Below are positions 52,430 to 63,643 of a stretch of DNA of 64,000 nt, one piece after another. The DNA is from Hypanus sabinus (lineage: Eukaryota), in contig NC_082725.1 of NCBI RefSeq assembly GCF_030144855.1, positions 17,732,001 to 17,796,000 on the forward strand. Direction: 5' to 3'. Made by a program: the position numbers and the translations under genes. Below the pieces are notes generated by a model. The model searched no databases and was not told the DNA's origin. It saw only the letters and a list, made by a program, of their open reading frames with translations. Positions within the stretch are counted from its first letter, which is position 1. Every line of letters begins with the position of its first letter.

Positions 52430-53610
52430 GCTCTGATTGGAGGGTCGTCCCTTTAGAACAGAGATGGGGAGAAATTTCGTTAACCAGAGGGTGGTGAATC
52501 TCTGGAGTTCGATGGCAATGAGGGTCAATTCATTGGGTATACTTAAAGCTGAGGTTGGTAGGTTCTTGATTAGAAAGGGTGTCAAAGGTTACAGGGAGAA
52601 AACAGGAGAATGAAGTTGAGAGGGATAATAATTCGACCATGATCGAATGGCAGAGCAGAAAACATACCCTTCTGCCCAACTGGCCAATGCAGACTACAGC
52701 ATCCTTCCTGCTGGTCCCAGCCTCCTACATTTGACCTATAAACCTCAAAGCAGCTCCCCTCACTGTGGATATCCAACTACATTTTAAACAATGCAATTGT
52801 ACATGCCTCTATCACTTCCTCTGGCACCTCACTCCAGGTACTCAGTATCCTAGGTGTAAATGAAAAATACCTCTCAGGTCTATTATAAATATATTCCTCT
52901 TATCTTGCATCAGTGCTCTGGAGTTTTGGACTCCCCAGCCCTGGGGAAAAGATTATGATTGCCCACTTTATCCATACCACTCATGATTTTGTACATTTCT
53001 TTGTGGTCACCACTCATTCTTCTGTGCTCTGGGGAATAAAGATCCAACATGGTTAACTTTTCCCTATAATTCAGACCATGTAAATCTCTTCTGCGCCCTC
53101 TCTGGTTTGTCAACGTCTTTCAAAATCAGGTGACCAAAACTGTACACAGTTCTTTAAGTTCAGCCTCACTATCACTGCAACATAATGTCCCTGCTGGCCC
53201 TCATCTTGATACTCTGACTGATGGAGGCCGACATGCTAAATGCCTTCACCCATCTGTCTACTTGTATGACCACTTTCAGCAAACTGAGCACTTGTACATC
53301 TGTCCTTTTACATTGAACATGGCTATCCTGATTGCTAGTGCTACACTCTTTGGTAACTCCCTTGAGTTACCCCTCCCTTGCCAATCTAGTTTAAACCCTC
53401 CCAGTGTCAAAGGCAGATTTCCCCACTAGGATCTTGGTCCCAATCTAGTTCAAGTGCAACCTGTCTCTCTTGACAGGTTGCCTCTACCCTAGAAGAGATG
53501 CCAGTGACCAAGATCCCAAGTTGCTTGCCCTTGCTCCAACTTTTCAACCACACATTCATATTGCTCATCTTGCTACCTCTGCACATGGCACCAGAGGTAA
53601 TCTGAGATCA
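52430..53610. mobile_element. Old CR1 fragments in both orientations; the minus-strand piece includes an ORF1/ORF2 junction
   Basis: LNYREKL..LDLYSPE; minus strand GGGAGGGTTTAAACTAG at 53386-53402. Confidence 0.65.
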
Positions 53611-54559
53611 CACCTCAGTTAGGTGTGAAAATACCAGGGGATCCACAGTTTCTGAGATGCCAGCCTATCTGGTGCCAACAATCATTCCAAGGTCAAAGTC
53701 ACTTCGATCACATTTCTACCCCACTCTGATATTTGGTCTGAACAACAATTGAATCAGTTGACAACGTTTGCATGCTTTCATGCATTGAGCTGCTGACACA
53801 TGATTGGCTGATTAGATATTTGCATTAGTGGGCAGGTGAACATAATTACCAGATTAAGTAGTCTCAGAGTAATATCATGAATCATACAAGATTTCACAGA
53901 ACGGCTGAGTAAAGTACTAAATAGCTTGTTCCTGATCTTATACAGTATGTATTCAAACACTTCCTGGTGCTGCCTGTAACTTTCAGGAGACTTTGGCAGT
54001 TTTAAACTCTTTCAGCATGTATTAGCTTAGCTCACTTCCATTCTTCCGCAGTCTAGAAGTTATACTGCATATTTTGCTACGAGAACAAACTTTAAGAATA
54101 AAACTGTTTTACTTTCCTCCAACATGTGTTGTAACTGTTTTCTGTAACCTACATTTAGACGATGCCGCACAACTGAAGAAGAAAACAAGTGAGCAAAATC
54201 AAATATAGGTCAGCACTCTCCTCCAGGCATCTTGTCAGACCAAAAATATGCTTAATTCCGCTGGAAAGTTCAAATTAGGAGAAAAAAGGACAAGGGAGTG
54301 TTGCTCTAGGACAACTTCAAAGAAAGTAATTGCAGGTACAAATTGGTGTCCTAACAACGTTCAGAACCTGCAAATAATACTCTGCTAAAAGTTTTCTGAT
54401 TTCTTAACAACACTTTAACACATATGCAAACAATAATAACATTCACATATGTTATGATTGAAATATTAACAAATAAATGTAAATAAATTAATTAATATCT
54501 TTTCAGCAGATGGCCTAAAATTAATGGCTTCTGAATTCTTAGAAACTTGCAGTCATTTC

Positions 54560-55230
54560 AGATTTGGATTCAGATTCAGTTTATTGTCATTTAGAAACCA
54601 CAAATGAAATGCAGTTAAAAAATGAGACAACGTTCCTCCAGAATGATATTGCAAAAGCACATGACTAAACAGACTACGCCAGAAAATCCACATAACGTTT
54701 GGCAATCCCCAATCCAGAGTCCGGAGAGCCTGCTGCATATTAATATCGCGCTACCATCTTAGCGTGTACCCCAGAAAGGAGCTCCAAATCCACCAGACAA
54801 AACAAGACCAAAAACTAAAGCTACAAGACCTGCACGAAACCACATAGTTACAACAGTGCAAACAATAGCATAATTGATAACAAAAAACAGACCATGGGCA
54901 CAGTAAAAATAGTCTAAAGATGTTAAAAGACTATAAGTTCGAAAGAAACCACCACACAGTTTCCACAAGTCTTCAGGGACCCGATAGACTCGTCATCCCA
55001 CGCAGGCGGCAGAAGGGAATATCCCCACTATGGACTTCCATGGCGCCGCCTGACTCAGCCTCGTAGATGCAGCACACAATGAAAGCTCCATCGAACCCAG
55101 CCTCGCAGACACAGCACACACTGAAAGCGCCCTGATTGCAGCGGACTCCGAGTCCGTCAAACCTCCGAGCCTCCGACCATCCCCTTCGGCACAGCTTCTC
55201 CAAGCACCATCCTCTGCCGAGCGTATAAAG
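54560..55230 (-). mobile_element. Non-LTR element 3' UTR with (CTGAAT)n tail, CpG-rich (young)
   Basis: Minus strand ends ACAATAAACTGAATCTGAATCCAAATCTGA; GC/CpG-rich body with no recognisable ORF. Confidence 0.5.
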
Positions 55231-55519
55231 ATTCAGATCAGTTCAGATCTACGCATCTATTCTAAAAAGACATTGTTTCATTTTTATTTCTTAGCCTTCA
55301 GTTCCTACTATTGCGTTTGGTTTTATTTATTTATCACATGTACATCAAAACACAGAGTGAAATGCATTATGTTAACAGATAGATAACATAAGGACGTGCT
55401 GTGTGCAGGGCACAAGTGTCAACAGACATTCCAATGCCAACATAGCATGTTCACGTCTGTTATAAACTGTGATATTGGAAGTATAGTGTTTGAAATTTCA
55501 ACTTCCAGTCATTGATGAT

Positions 55520-55756
55520 CTTACAGAAGGATCTAGCAGGGGATACAGCATAGTAACAAGCCTTTCCAGCTCAAACCACCCAGTTGCACCCATGTGACCA
55601 ACTGATCTACTCCCCTGAACGTCTTTGAAAATGTAAGAGGAAACCAGAGCACCCAGAGGAAACCTGCAGGAAGAACATGCAAACACCTTACAAACATCGG
55701 TGGAATTGAATCAGGGTCACAGGTGCAATAATAGTGTTATGCCAGCTGTGCTACCC
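55520..55756 (-). mobile_element. V-SINE/HE1-like SINE (decayed)
   Basis: GGTTTCCTCTGGGTGCTCTGGTTTCCTC core on the minus strand. Confidence 0.6.
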
Positions 55757-55817
55757 TGGAGTTCATGGGATGGTTGGGAATGTGGTGACGGGGAGTCAAT
55801 CCTTGATATAAAGGCAG

Positions 55818-55890
55818 CGCCTGAACAGGGACTTGAACTCTGGACCTCCAGGTTAAAAGTTTGATGCTCTACTGACTAAGCTACCCAGGC
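55818..55890 (-). tRNA. tRNA-Lys(UUU), probable pseudogene
   Basis: 73 nt GCCTGGGTAGCTTAGTCAGTAGAGCATCAAACTTTTAACCTGGAGGTCCAGAGTTCAAGTCCCTGTTCAGGCG; about 10 differences from canonical vertebrate tRNA-Lys-TTT, including G18A and A-C mismatches in the anticodon and T stems. Confidence 0.88.
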
Positions 55891-56280
55891 TCTATGAGTT
55901 AGGATATCTCTGTAAATTTAGGCGTGTAGTACTGCTCTGTTGCTCTTTTCATGTGTCAAAATCCCCAAGTCAAAGACAATCAAGTCTAGGACGAGAAGAA
56001 TAATAGCTGAAGCTTCGTAAATTATTGATTACAGGAAGGTGGTCAAAAGAGTTCCATAAAGTATTTTGCAAATGCTTATAACATTCATAGCATAATGTTA
56101 AGCAACATATGATGGCCAAATTCTATGAAGCAAAACTTTTTCCTTTACCCCTGCTATGCATGCAGCTTTGTAAAGCAAAACCAAACATTTATAACTTCTT
56201 CTCAATGGAATATTAATCATGGGGGATAATGAAATTTATTCCCAGCAGGAGATCAAAAATTACATAAGGTCAATGTCCTC

Positions 56281-56600
56281 TTTTGGAAGAGGACAGCGAG
56301 GCTTTGAGAGGAAGTGCGGCAGTGGCCATTTTCAAATTGTCCAATTGCTTCTCAGATCGGAGTTCTGAGAGGAGGGACTGCACAGGCACGTGAAGGAGGC
56401 CTGGGAAGGAGGGAAGATATAAAAAGGAGAGACTGGCTGAGGTAGTTCTCTTTCGGAAGAGGACAGCGAGGCTTTGAGAGGAAGTGCGGCGGCGGCCATT
56501 TTCAAATTGTCCAATTGCTTCTCAGATTGGAGTTCTGAGAGGCAGGACTGCGCAGGCGCATGTAGGAGGCCTGGGAAGGAGGGAAGATATAAAAAGAACG
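56281..56600 (+). promoter_or_regulatory. Two tandem ~170-bp monomers at the CR1 5' end with ETS, YY1, NRF1 and TATA-like motifs (putative internal promoter)
   Basis: GAAGAGGACAGCGAGG at 56286 and 56456; each unit has GAGGAAGTG, GGCCATTTT and GATATAAAAA; unit 2 has TGCGCAGGCGCA. Confidence 0.6.
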
Positions 56601-56745
56601 CAGCCTTAAGAAGCGAGCAGCTTCGTTTGCGGGCAGCGGAGTGCACCGGGAGCAGAGTGTAGGGCTTGGGCTCAAGGGGCTTAGGCGGAAGAGGGCAGAG
56701 TAGGCTTATCTTTTAGTTCTTGTTATTTTCAGTTATTCGGGAAGT

Positions 56746-57675
56746 ATGAGTGTGAGGGCAGCTTGTTGTTCTCAGTGTCGGATGTGGGAGGTCCTGGAGT
56801 CTCCGAGCCTCCTGGACATCCACATCTGCACCAGGTGTACCGAACTGCAGCTCCTGAGGGACCGAGTTAGGGAACTGGAGCTGCAGCTCAATGACCTTCG
56901 CCTGGTCAGGGAGAGTGAGGAGGTGATAGAGAGGAGTTACAGGCAGGTGGTCACACCGGGGCCACGGGAGGCAGATAGGTGGGTCACGGTCAGGAAGGGG
57001 AAGAGGCAGGTACTAGAGAGTACCCCGGTGGCTGTACTCCTTGACAATAAGTACTCATGTTTGAGTACTGTTGGGGGGGACAGCCTACCTGATGGAAGTG
57101 ACAGTGGCCGGGTCTCCGGCACAGAGGACGGCCCTGTAGCTCAGAAGGGTAGGGATAGAAGAAAGAGGACCATAGTAATAGGGGACTAGATAGTCAGGGG
57201 TTCAGACAGGCGGTTCTGTGGAGGTGATCGGGAGTCCCGGATGGTAGTTTGCCTCCCTGGTGCCAGGGTTCGGGACGTTTTTGATCACGTCCAAGATATC
57301 CTTAAGTGGGAGGGTGAGGAGCCAGAGGTCGTGGTACATGTAGGTACCAATGACATAGGTAGGAAAGGGGAAGAGGTCCTGAAACGAGAGTATAGGGAAT
57401 TAGGAAGGCAGTTAAGAAGAAGGACCACAAAGGTAGTAATCTCGGGATTACTGCCTGTGCCACGCGACAGTGAGGGTAGGAATGGAATTAGGTGGAGGAT
57501 GAATGCGTAGCTGTGGGATTGGAGCAGGGGGCAGGGATTCAAGTTTCTGGATCATTGGGACCTCTTCTGGGGCAGGCGTGACCTGTTCAAGAAGGACGGG
57601 TTACACTTGAATCCTGGGGGGACCAATATCCTAGTGGGGAGGTTTGCTAGGGCTACAGGGCAGACTTTAAACTAG
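56746..57675 (+). pseudogene. CR1 ORF1: CxxC..CxxC zinc finger, coiled coil, SGNH/GDSL esterase domain; two premature TAG stops
   Basis: One frame from ATG 56746 to TAG 57673-57675: CSQC...CTRC, LRDRVRELELQL, TIVIGD* (stop at the catalytic Ser codon, 57187), CLPGARV, HVGTND, W->TAG at 57508, DGLHLN. Confidence 0.9.
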
Positions 57676-60600
57676 TAAGATGGGGGAGTGGGAATCAATT
57701 TGAGGAAACTATGGGAAAGGAGGTTAGTTCACCAGTAGAGCAAGTAAGTAGACAGTGTGTGAGGGAGGAAAGGCAGGTGATGGAGAAGGGATGCGCTCAG
57801 CCCGAAGATGTAGGGGAGAAGAAAGAAAAGGATAATAAATTTGAATGCATTGTTAGGGATGAAAAGAGAGGAGGAGGTGGAGAGTATCTTAAATGTATCT
57901 ATTTTAATGCTAGGAGCATTGTAAGAAAGGTGGATGAGCTTAAAGCGTGAATTGATACCTGGAATTATGATGTTGTAGCTATTAGTGAAACATGGTTGCA
58001 GGAAGGGTGTGATTGGCAACTAAATATTCCTGGATTTAATTGCTTCAGGTGTGATAGAGTAGGAGGGGCCAGAGGAGGAGGTGTTGCATTGCTTGTCCGA
58101 GAAAATCTTATGGCGGTGCTTTGGAAGGATAGATTAGAGAGCTCCTCTAGGGAGGCTATTTGGGTGGAATTGAGGAATGGGAAAGGTGTAGTAACACTGA
58201 TTGGAGTGTATTATAGGCCACCTAATGGGGAGCGTAAGTTGGAAGAGCAAATGTGTAAGGAGATAGCAGATATTTGTAGTAAACACAAGGTGGTGATTGT
58301 GCGAGATTTTAATTTTCCACACATAGACTGGGAAGCTCATTCTGTAAAAGGGCTGGATGGTTTAGAGTTTGTGAAATGTGTGCAGGATAGTTTTTTGCAA
58401 CAATACATAGAAGTACCGACTAGAGATGGGGCAGTGTTGATCTCCTGTTAGGGAATGCGATAGGTCAGCTGACAGATGTATGTGTTGGGGAGCACTTCGG
58501 GTCCAGTGATCACAATAGCATTAGCTTCAATATAATTATGGAGAAGGACAGGACAGGACCTAGAGTTGAGATTTTTGATTGGAGAAAGGCTAACTTTGAG
58601 GAGATGCGAAGGGATTTAGAGAGTGGATTGGGTCAAGTTGTTTTATGGGAAGGATGTAATAGAGAAATGGAGGTCATTTAAGGGTGAAATTATGAGTGTA
58701 CAGAATCTTTATGTTCCTGTTAGGTTGAAAGGAAAGATTAAAGGTCTGAAAGCACCATGGTTTTCAAGGAATATTAGAAATTTGGTTCGGAAAAAGAGGG
58801 ATGTCTACAATAGATATAGGCAGCATGGAGTAAAGGAATTGCTCGAGGAATATAAAGAATGTAAAAGGAATCTTAAGAAAGAGATTAGAAAAGCTAAAAG
58901 AAGATACGAGGTTGGTTTGGCAAATAAGGTGAAAGTAAATCCGAAAGGTTTCTACAGTTATATTAAAAGCAAGAGGATAGTGAGGGATAAAATTGGCCCC
59001 TTAGAGAATCAGAGTGGTCAGCTATGTGTGGAGCTGAGGGAGATGGGAGAGATGTTGAACGATTTCTTCTCTTCGGTATTCACTAAGGAGAAGGATATTG
59101 AATTGTGTAAGGTGTGGGAAACAAGTAAGGAAGTTATGGAACCTATGGCAATTAAAGAGGTGGAAGTACTAGCGCTTTTAAGAAATTTAAAAGTCGATAA
59201 ATCTCCGGGTCCTGACAGGATATTCCCCAGGACCTTGAGGGAAGTTTGTGTAGAAATAGCAGGAGCTCTGCCAGAGATCTTTAAGATGTCATTAGAAACG
59301 AGGATTGTGCCGGAGGATTGGCGTATTGCTCATGTGGTTCCATTGTTTAAAAAGGGTTCTAGAAGTAAGCCTGGCAATTATAGACCTGTCAGTTTGACAT
59401 CAGTGGTGGGTAAATTAATGGAAAGTATTCTTAGAGATTGTATTAATAATTATCTGGATAGACAGGATCTGATTGGGAGTAGCCAGCATGGATTTGTGCA
59501 TGGAAGGTCATGTTTGACAAACCTTATTGAATTTTTTGAAGAAGTTACGAGGAATGTTGACGAGGGTAAGGCAGTGGATGTAACCTATATGGACTTCAGC
59601 AAAGCCTTTGACAAAGTTCCACATGGAAGGTTAGTTAAGAAGGTTCAGTCGTTAGGTATTAATGCTGGAGTAATAAAATGGATTCAACAGTGGCTAGATG
59701 GGAGATGCCAGAGAGTAGTGGTGGATAATTGTTTATCGGGATGGAGGCCGGTGACTAGCGGGGTGCCTCAGGGATCTGTTCTGGGCCCAATGTTGTTTGT
59801 AATATACATAAATGATCTGGATGATGGGGTGGTAAATTGGATTAGTAAGTATGCCGATGATACTAAGGTAGGAGATGTTGTGGATAATGAGGTGGGTTTT
59901 CAAAGCATGCAGGGAGATTTATGCTGGTTAGAAGAATGGGCTGAACGTTGGCAGATGGAGTTTAATGCTGAGAAGTGTGAGGTTCTACATTTTGGCAGGA
60001 ATAATCCAAATAGAACATACAGGGTAAATGGTAGGGCATTGAGGAATGCAGAGGAACAGAGAGATCTAGGAATAACAGTGCATTGTTCCCTGAAGATGGA
60101 GTCTCATGTAGATAGGGTGGTGAAGAAGGCTTTTGGAATGCTGGCCTTTATAAATCAAAGCATTGAGTACAGAAGTTGGGATGTAATGTTAAAATTCTAC
60201 AAGGCATTGGTAAGGCCAAATTTAGAATATTGTGTACAGTTCTGGTCACCGAATATAGGAAAGATATCAATAAATTAGAGAGAGTGCAGAGACGATTTAC
60301 TAGGATGTTACCTGGGTTTCAGCACTTAAGTTACAGAGAAAGGTTGAACAAGTTAGGTCTCTATTCATTGGAGCGTAGAAGGTTGAGGGGGGATTTGATC
60401 GAGGTATTTAAAATTTTGGGAGGGATAGATAGAGTTGACGTGAATAGGCTGTTTCCATTGAGAGTAGGGGAGATTCAAACGAGAGGACATGATTTGAGAG
60501 TTAGGGGGCAGAAGTTTAAGGGAAACACGAGGGGGTATTTCTTTACTCAGAGAGTGATAGCTGTGTGGAATGAGCTTCCTGTAGAAGTAGTAGAGGCCAG

Positions 60601-60691
60601 TTCAGTTGTGTCATTTAAGGTAAAATTTGATAGGTATATGGACAGGAAAGGAGTGGAGGGTTATGGGCTGAGTGCGGGTAGGTGGGACTAG
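57666..60691 (+). pseudogene. CR1 ORF2: apurinic-like endonuclease + reverse transcriptase; one stop and two 1-bp frameshifts
   Basis: CIYFNARSI, ISETWL, DFNFPHIDW, SDH (APE); KSPGPD, NYRPVSLTS, DFSKAFDKV, GVPQGSVLGP, YADD (RT); TGA at 57948, frameshifts near 58440 and 60255. Confidence 0.93.
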
Positions 60692-60949
60692 GTGAGATTA
60701 GGAGTTCGGCACAGACTAGGAGGGCCGAGATGGCCTGTTTCCGTGCTGTGATTGTTATATGATTAAGTCAGAAATTATTATGAACAGAAAATAATGAAAA
60801 GGACATTGGACAAGGTCAGAGACAGAGTATTAAGGCTATTATAGTCCTGATGAAGGCTCTTGGACTGTTTATTCCTCCTCATAAATGCTGCCTGACCTAA
60901 TGAGTTCTCCAGCTTTTGTGTGTGTTACTTTGCGATTATTAATGTACCC

Positions 60950-61450
60950 TATGCCAAACAAGGTAAATTCTCAGGCAGGAAAGTTCAGTGAAGGTATCAA
61001 GTAACAGCTGATTAATTGTCAGACTTCTGGGAGACTGTCAACACCTACTCATCAACAATTACTCACAAGCTGAAAAGATACCTTGCCAGACATGGTTTCC
61101 CTGAGGTGGCAACCACAGATAAAGGACTGGGATGAAGATCATAACAGAGATATAAATATCAGAAGATTCGTTATCATTTGAGGAAGATCACTGAGGAGGC
61201 TTGCTTGATGGAAGCATAGCTGGAAACACTGGAGGAAGTTCCACCAACCCTGCAGGGCAGGAAGACCACGGCTCAACCAAAGGCCCCAGAAGAACCCCAA
61301 AAAATTTGGACCATTTGGACAGTATGTCATGCCAAGCGCTTAGAAGATTATTGCGCAATAGGAATTCAGACAGAAACTATGCATTTATTTTGGATATTTA
61401 TTTTTTCTACCCTCTTGATTATCATTATTAGAGCAGGGAAGAAATGCACA
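60950..61450 (+). mobile_element. Gypsy integrase relic
   Basis: SSTITHKLKRYLARHGFPEVATTDKG at about 61050-61127, similar to FARHGIPE.V.SDNG. Confidence 0.55.
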
Positions 61451-61969
61451 AGACATTTGTATTATTGGTTGTGTAGCACAATAAGTTTAGACCATATGGC
61501 TCACTGTTGTAAGAGAGTTTCCAGTTTACAGATGCTTTCACAGTCTGGCTGTCTCTGTGAAGTGAGCACAAGATAGGAATGACATTCTCTTTCTCTATTT
61601 ACCACCTATCATCCAGTTTATATAGTATTACCTAAAGATACTGGGAGAGGGAGTAAATGTCCAGTCATCTGCTATTCAATTATATTACGTTCTTGTTTAC
61701 AATTCTTTAACAGTGAAGTTTCCAGGTAAAAATTAATTCCAATCACTGAGCCCAGGTCACCTGGGAAAATTTCACTGCAATGTTAAAATAGATATGATTG
61801 GGGGATCTTATCCCGCAAGACAAAGTAAAAAATTAACAGCAAAATATTATTAAGGCTGCATGGATAGTGTGCTTTGAACTCACGGGTGTTAAGGCTGTGA
61901 GTACTGTGAGTGGGCAGTGGAGCAATGGCTGCATTAAATGTCTGTGTGGATAGCTGAGTGAGGGGGCAA

Positions 61970-63050
61970 ATTTATTATCAAGTATGTATTTGGTGCCATC
62001 TACTACCTTGACAGTTATTTTCTTGTAGGCATTTACAGGAAATAAATGCAATAGAATTCGCAAAAAAACAAAGACTGACAAACGACAACGTGCAAAAGAA
62101 GACAAATGCGCAAATAAAACAATAATCCCGAGAACATGAGTTGTAAAGAGTTCTTGAAAGTTAGCCTGTAATTTGTCGACTCAGTACAGAGTGGAGTTGA
62201 CTGAAGTTATCCAAATGGGTTAAGGAGCCTGATACTTAAAGGATAATAACTGATCCCAAACTTGATTGTGCGGAACCTAAGGCTTCTCCATGCCATGCCT
62301 AATAGTAGTTGTGAAAAGGGGGAATTGCCTGCATGCTGGGGATCTTTGATGATGGATGCTATTTTCCTCTGGCAATGTTCCACGTAGATGTATTCAATGA
62401 TGTGGAAGGCATTGCCTGTGATAGACTGAGCTGCATCCATGACTTATTGTAGCCTTTTCCCTTCTGGGCATTGGTGTTTCCATACCAAGCCATGGTGCAA
62501 CCAGTGAGGATATACTCCACTGTGCATCTATAGAAGTTTGTAAAAGTTTCTGGTGATCTAATGAATCTATACAAACGTCTAAGAAAGTAGAGGTGCTACC
62601 TTCGCTTCTTTCTGATGTCTTTCATCTGGTTCCATCTGATATGTTAATGCATAAGAACTTAAAGATACTAGCTCTCTCCACCTCCATTCCCCTAATGAGG
62701 ACTTCCAAATTCTTCCTCCTGTAGTCAATAATCTGATCTTTGGTTTTGCTGACATTGTTGTTGTTGTATTACCATTCAACCAGATTGTCAGTCTCCTTTC
62801 TGTCTGGCAAGTTATCACAGTCTATGATTCAACCAACAACAGTGATGTCGCCAGTAAATTTATGTAAGCACAGCACTGGTGTGTATTGTGCAAGAGCTGC
62901 CACACAATCATAAGTATAAAGTCAATAGAGCAGGGAGCTAAGCACAGAGCCCTGTGATGTACCTGAGCTGATGATGAGTGGAGAGAAGACATTGTTGCCA
63001 TTCTGTACCAGTGAGGAAATTGAGGATCCAGTTGCACAGGAAGACACCAA
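61970..63050 (-). mobile_element. Rex1/Babar-type LINE fragment
   Basis: NFYRCTVEYILTGC..WYGN; IIKDPQH.G...FSQL. Confidence 0.75.
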
Positions 63051-63643
63051 CACTTTCAGTGGAGTAACTATGCCTGTTTCAAGGCTGTTTGTGTAAGGCA
63101 GTTCAAAGGATGGAGAGCACTAACCTTGACTAACGTTTGAGCACATGGATATTTTTCCCTGCCTGTTTCCCAGGTGCAGAATAAATCACCGCTGTTCGCA
63201 ATCTCTGCAGCCACGTCCTACTGCATCTTCTCCATCTGCCCTGGAGGCGCTCTTGGCATGCTTGATGTTGATGAGAATCTTCCTCAGATTTATTTTGGAA
63301 GGTCAGAACCTGTGAGGTGCATGGTACTGCCTCTTTTCTACAACCATAGTGATTAATAAGCAAAACCAGCAGTCTACAGAGAAGGCCCTTTTAGGGATGA
63401 AGTTCTGATGTCAATTAGCCAAGGAATTTGCCATTGGGTGTGCACTGCCCATTGCAATCTATTCACTAATGTGATAAAGATAGCACTCAATATGTGCATA
63501 ACATTCTTTCTGAGTTTGCAATCCCCTACTTTGTCTGTGTGAATAGCTGCATGCTAACCACAGAGCCTTGATCTGGGACGTGTGAATGGATTTTGTGAAC
63601 TTAATTGGCCAAAGGGACTGTTCACATGTTATTTCTCTCTAAG

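Larger units (their letters stand above)
56275..60762 (+). mobile_element. Near full-length CR1-clade LINE (5' UTR, ORF1, ORF2, short 3' UTR), recently inactivated
   Basis: Colinear ORF1 (zinc finger + esterase) and ORF2 (APE + RT), interrupted by only a few stops/frameshifts; CR1-type 3' end GGCCTGTTTCCGTGCTGTGATTGTTATATG. Confidence 0.95.

Noticed and set aside
55818-55890. Functional tRNA or LTR primer-binding site
   Set aside because: Stem mismatches and G18A argue against function; it is a whole tRNA copy with no adjacent LTR
57187-57950. Stop-codon readthrough or selenocysteine recoding at the in-frame TAG/TAG/TGA
   Set aside because: Each is one substitution from the expected Ser or Trp codon (TCG, TGG), and frameshifts co-occur, so ordinary decay explains them
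58623-60278. 551-aa ORF as a host or intact RT gene
   Set aside because: It is the segment between two frameshifts of the broken CR1 ORF2
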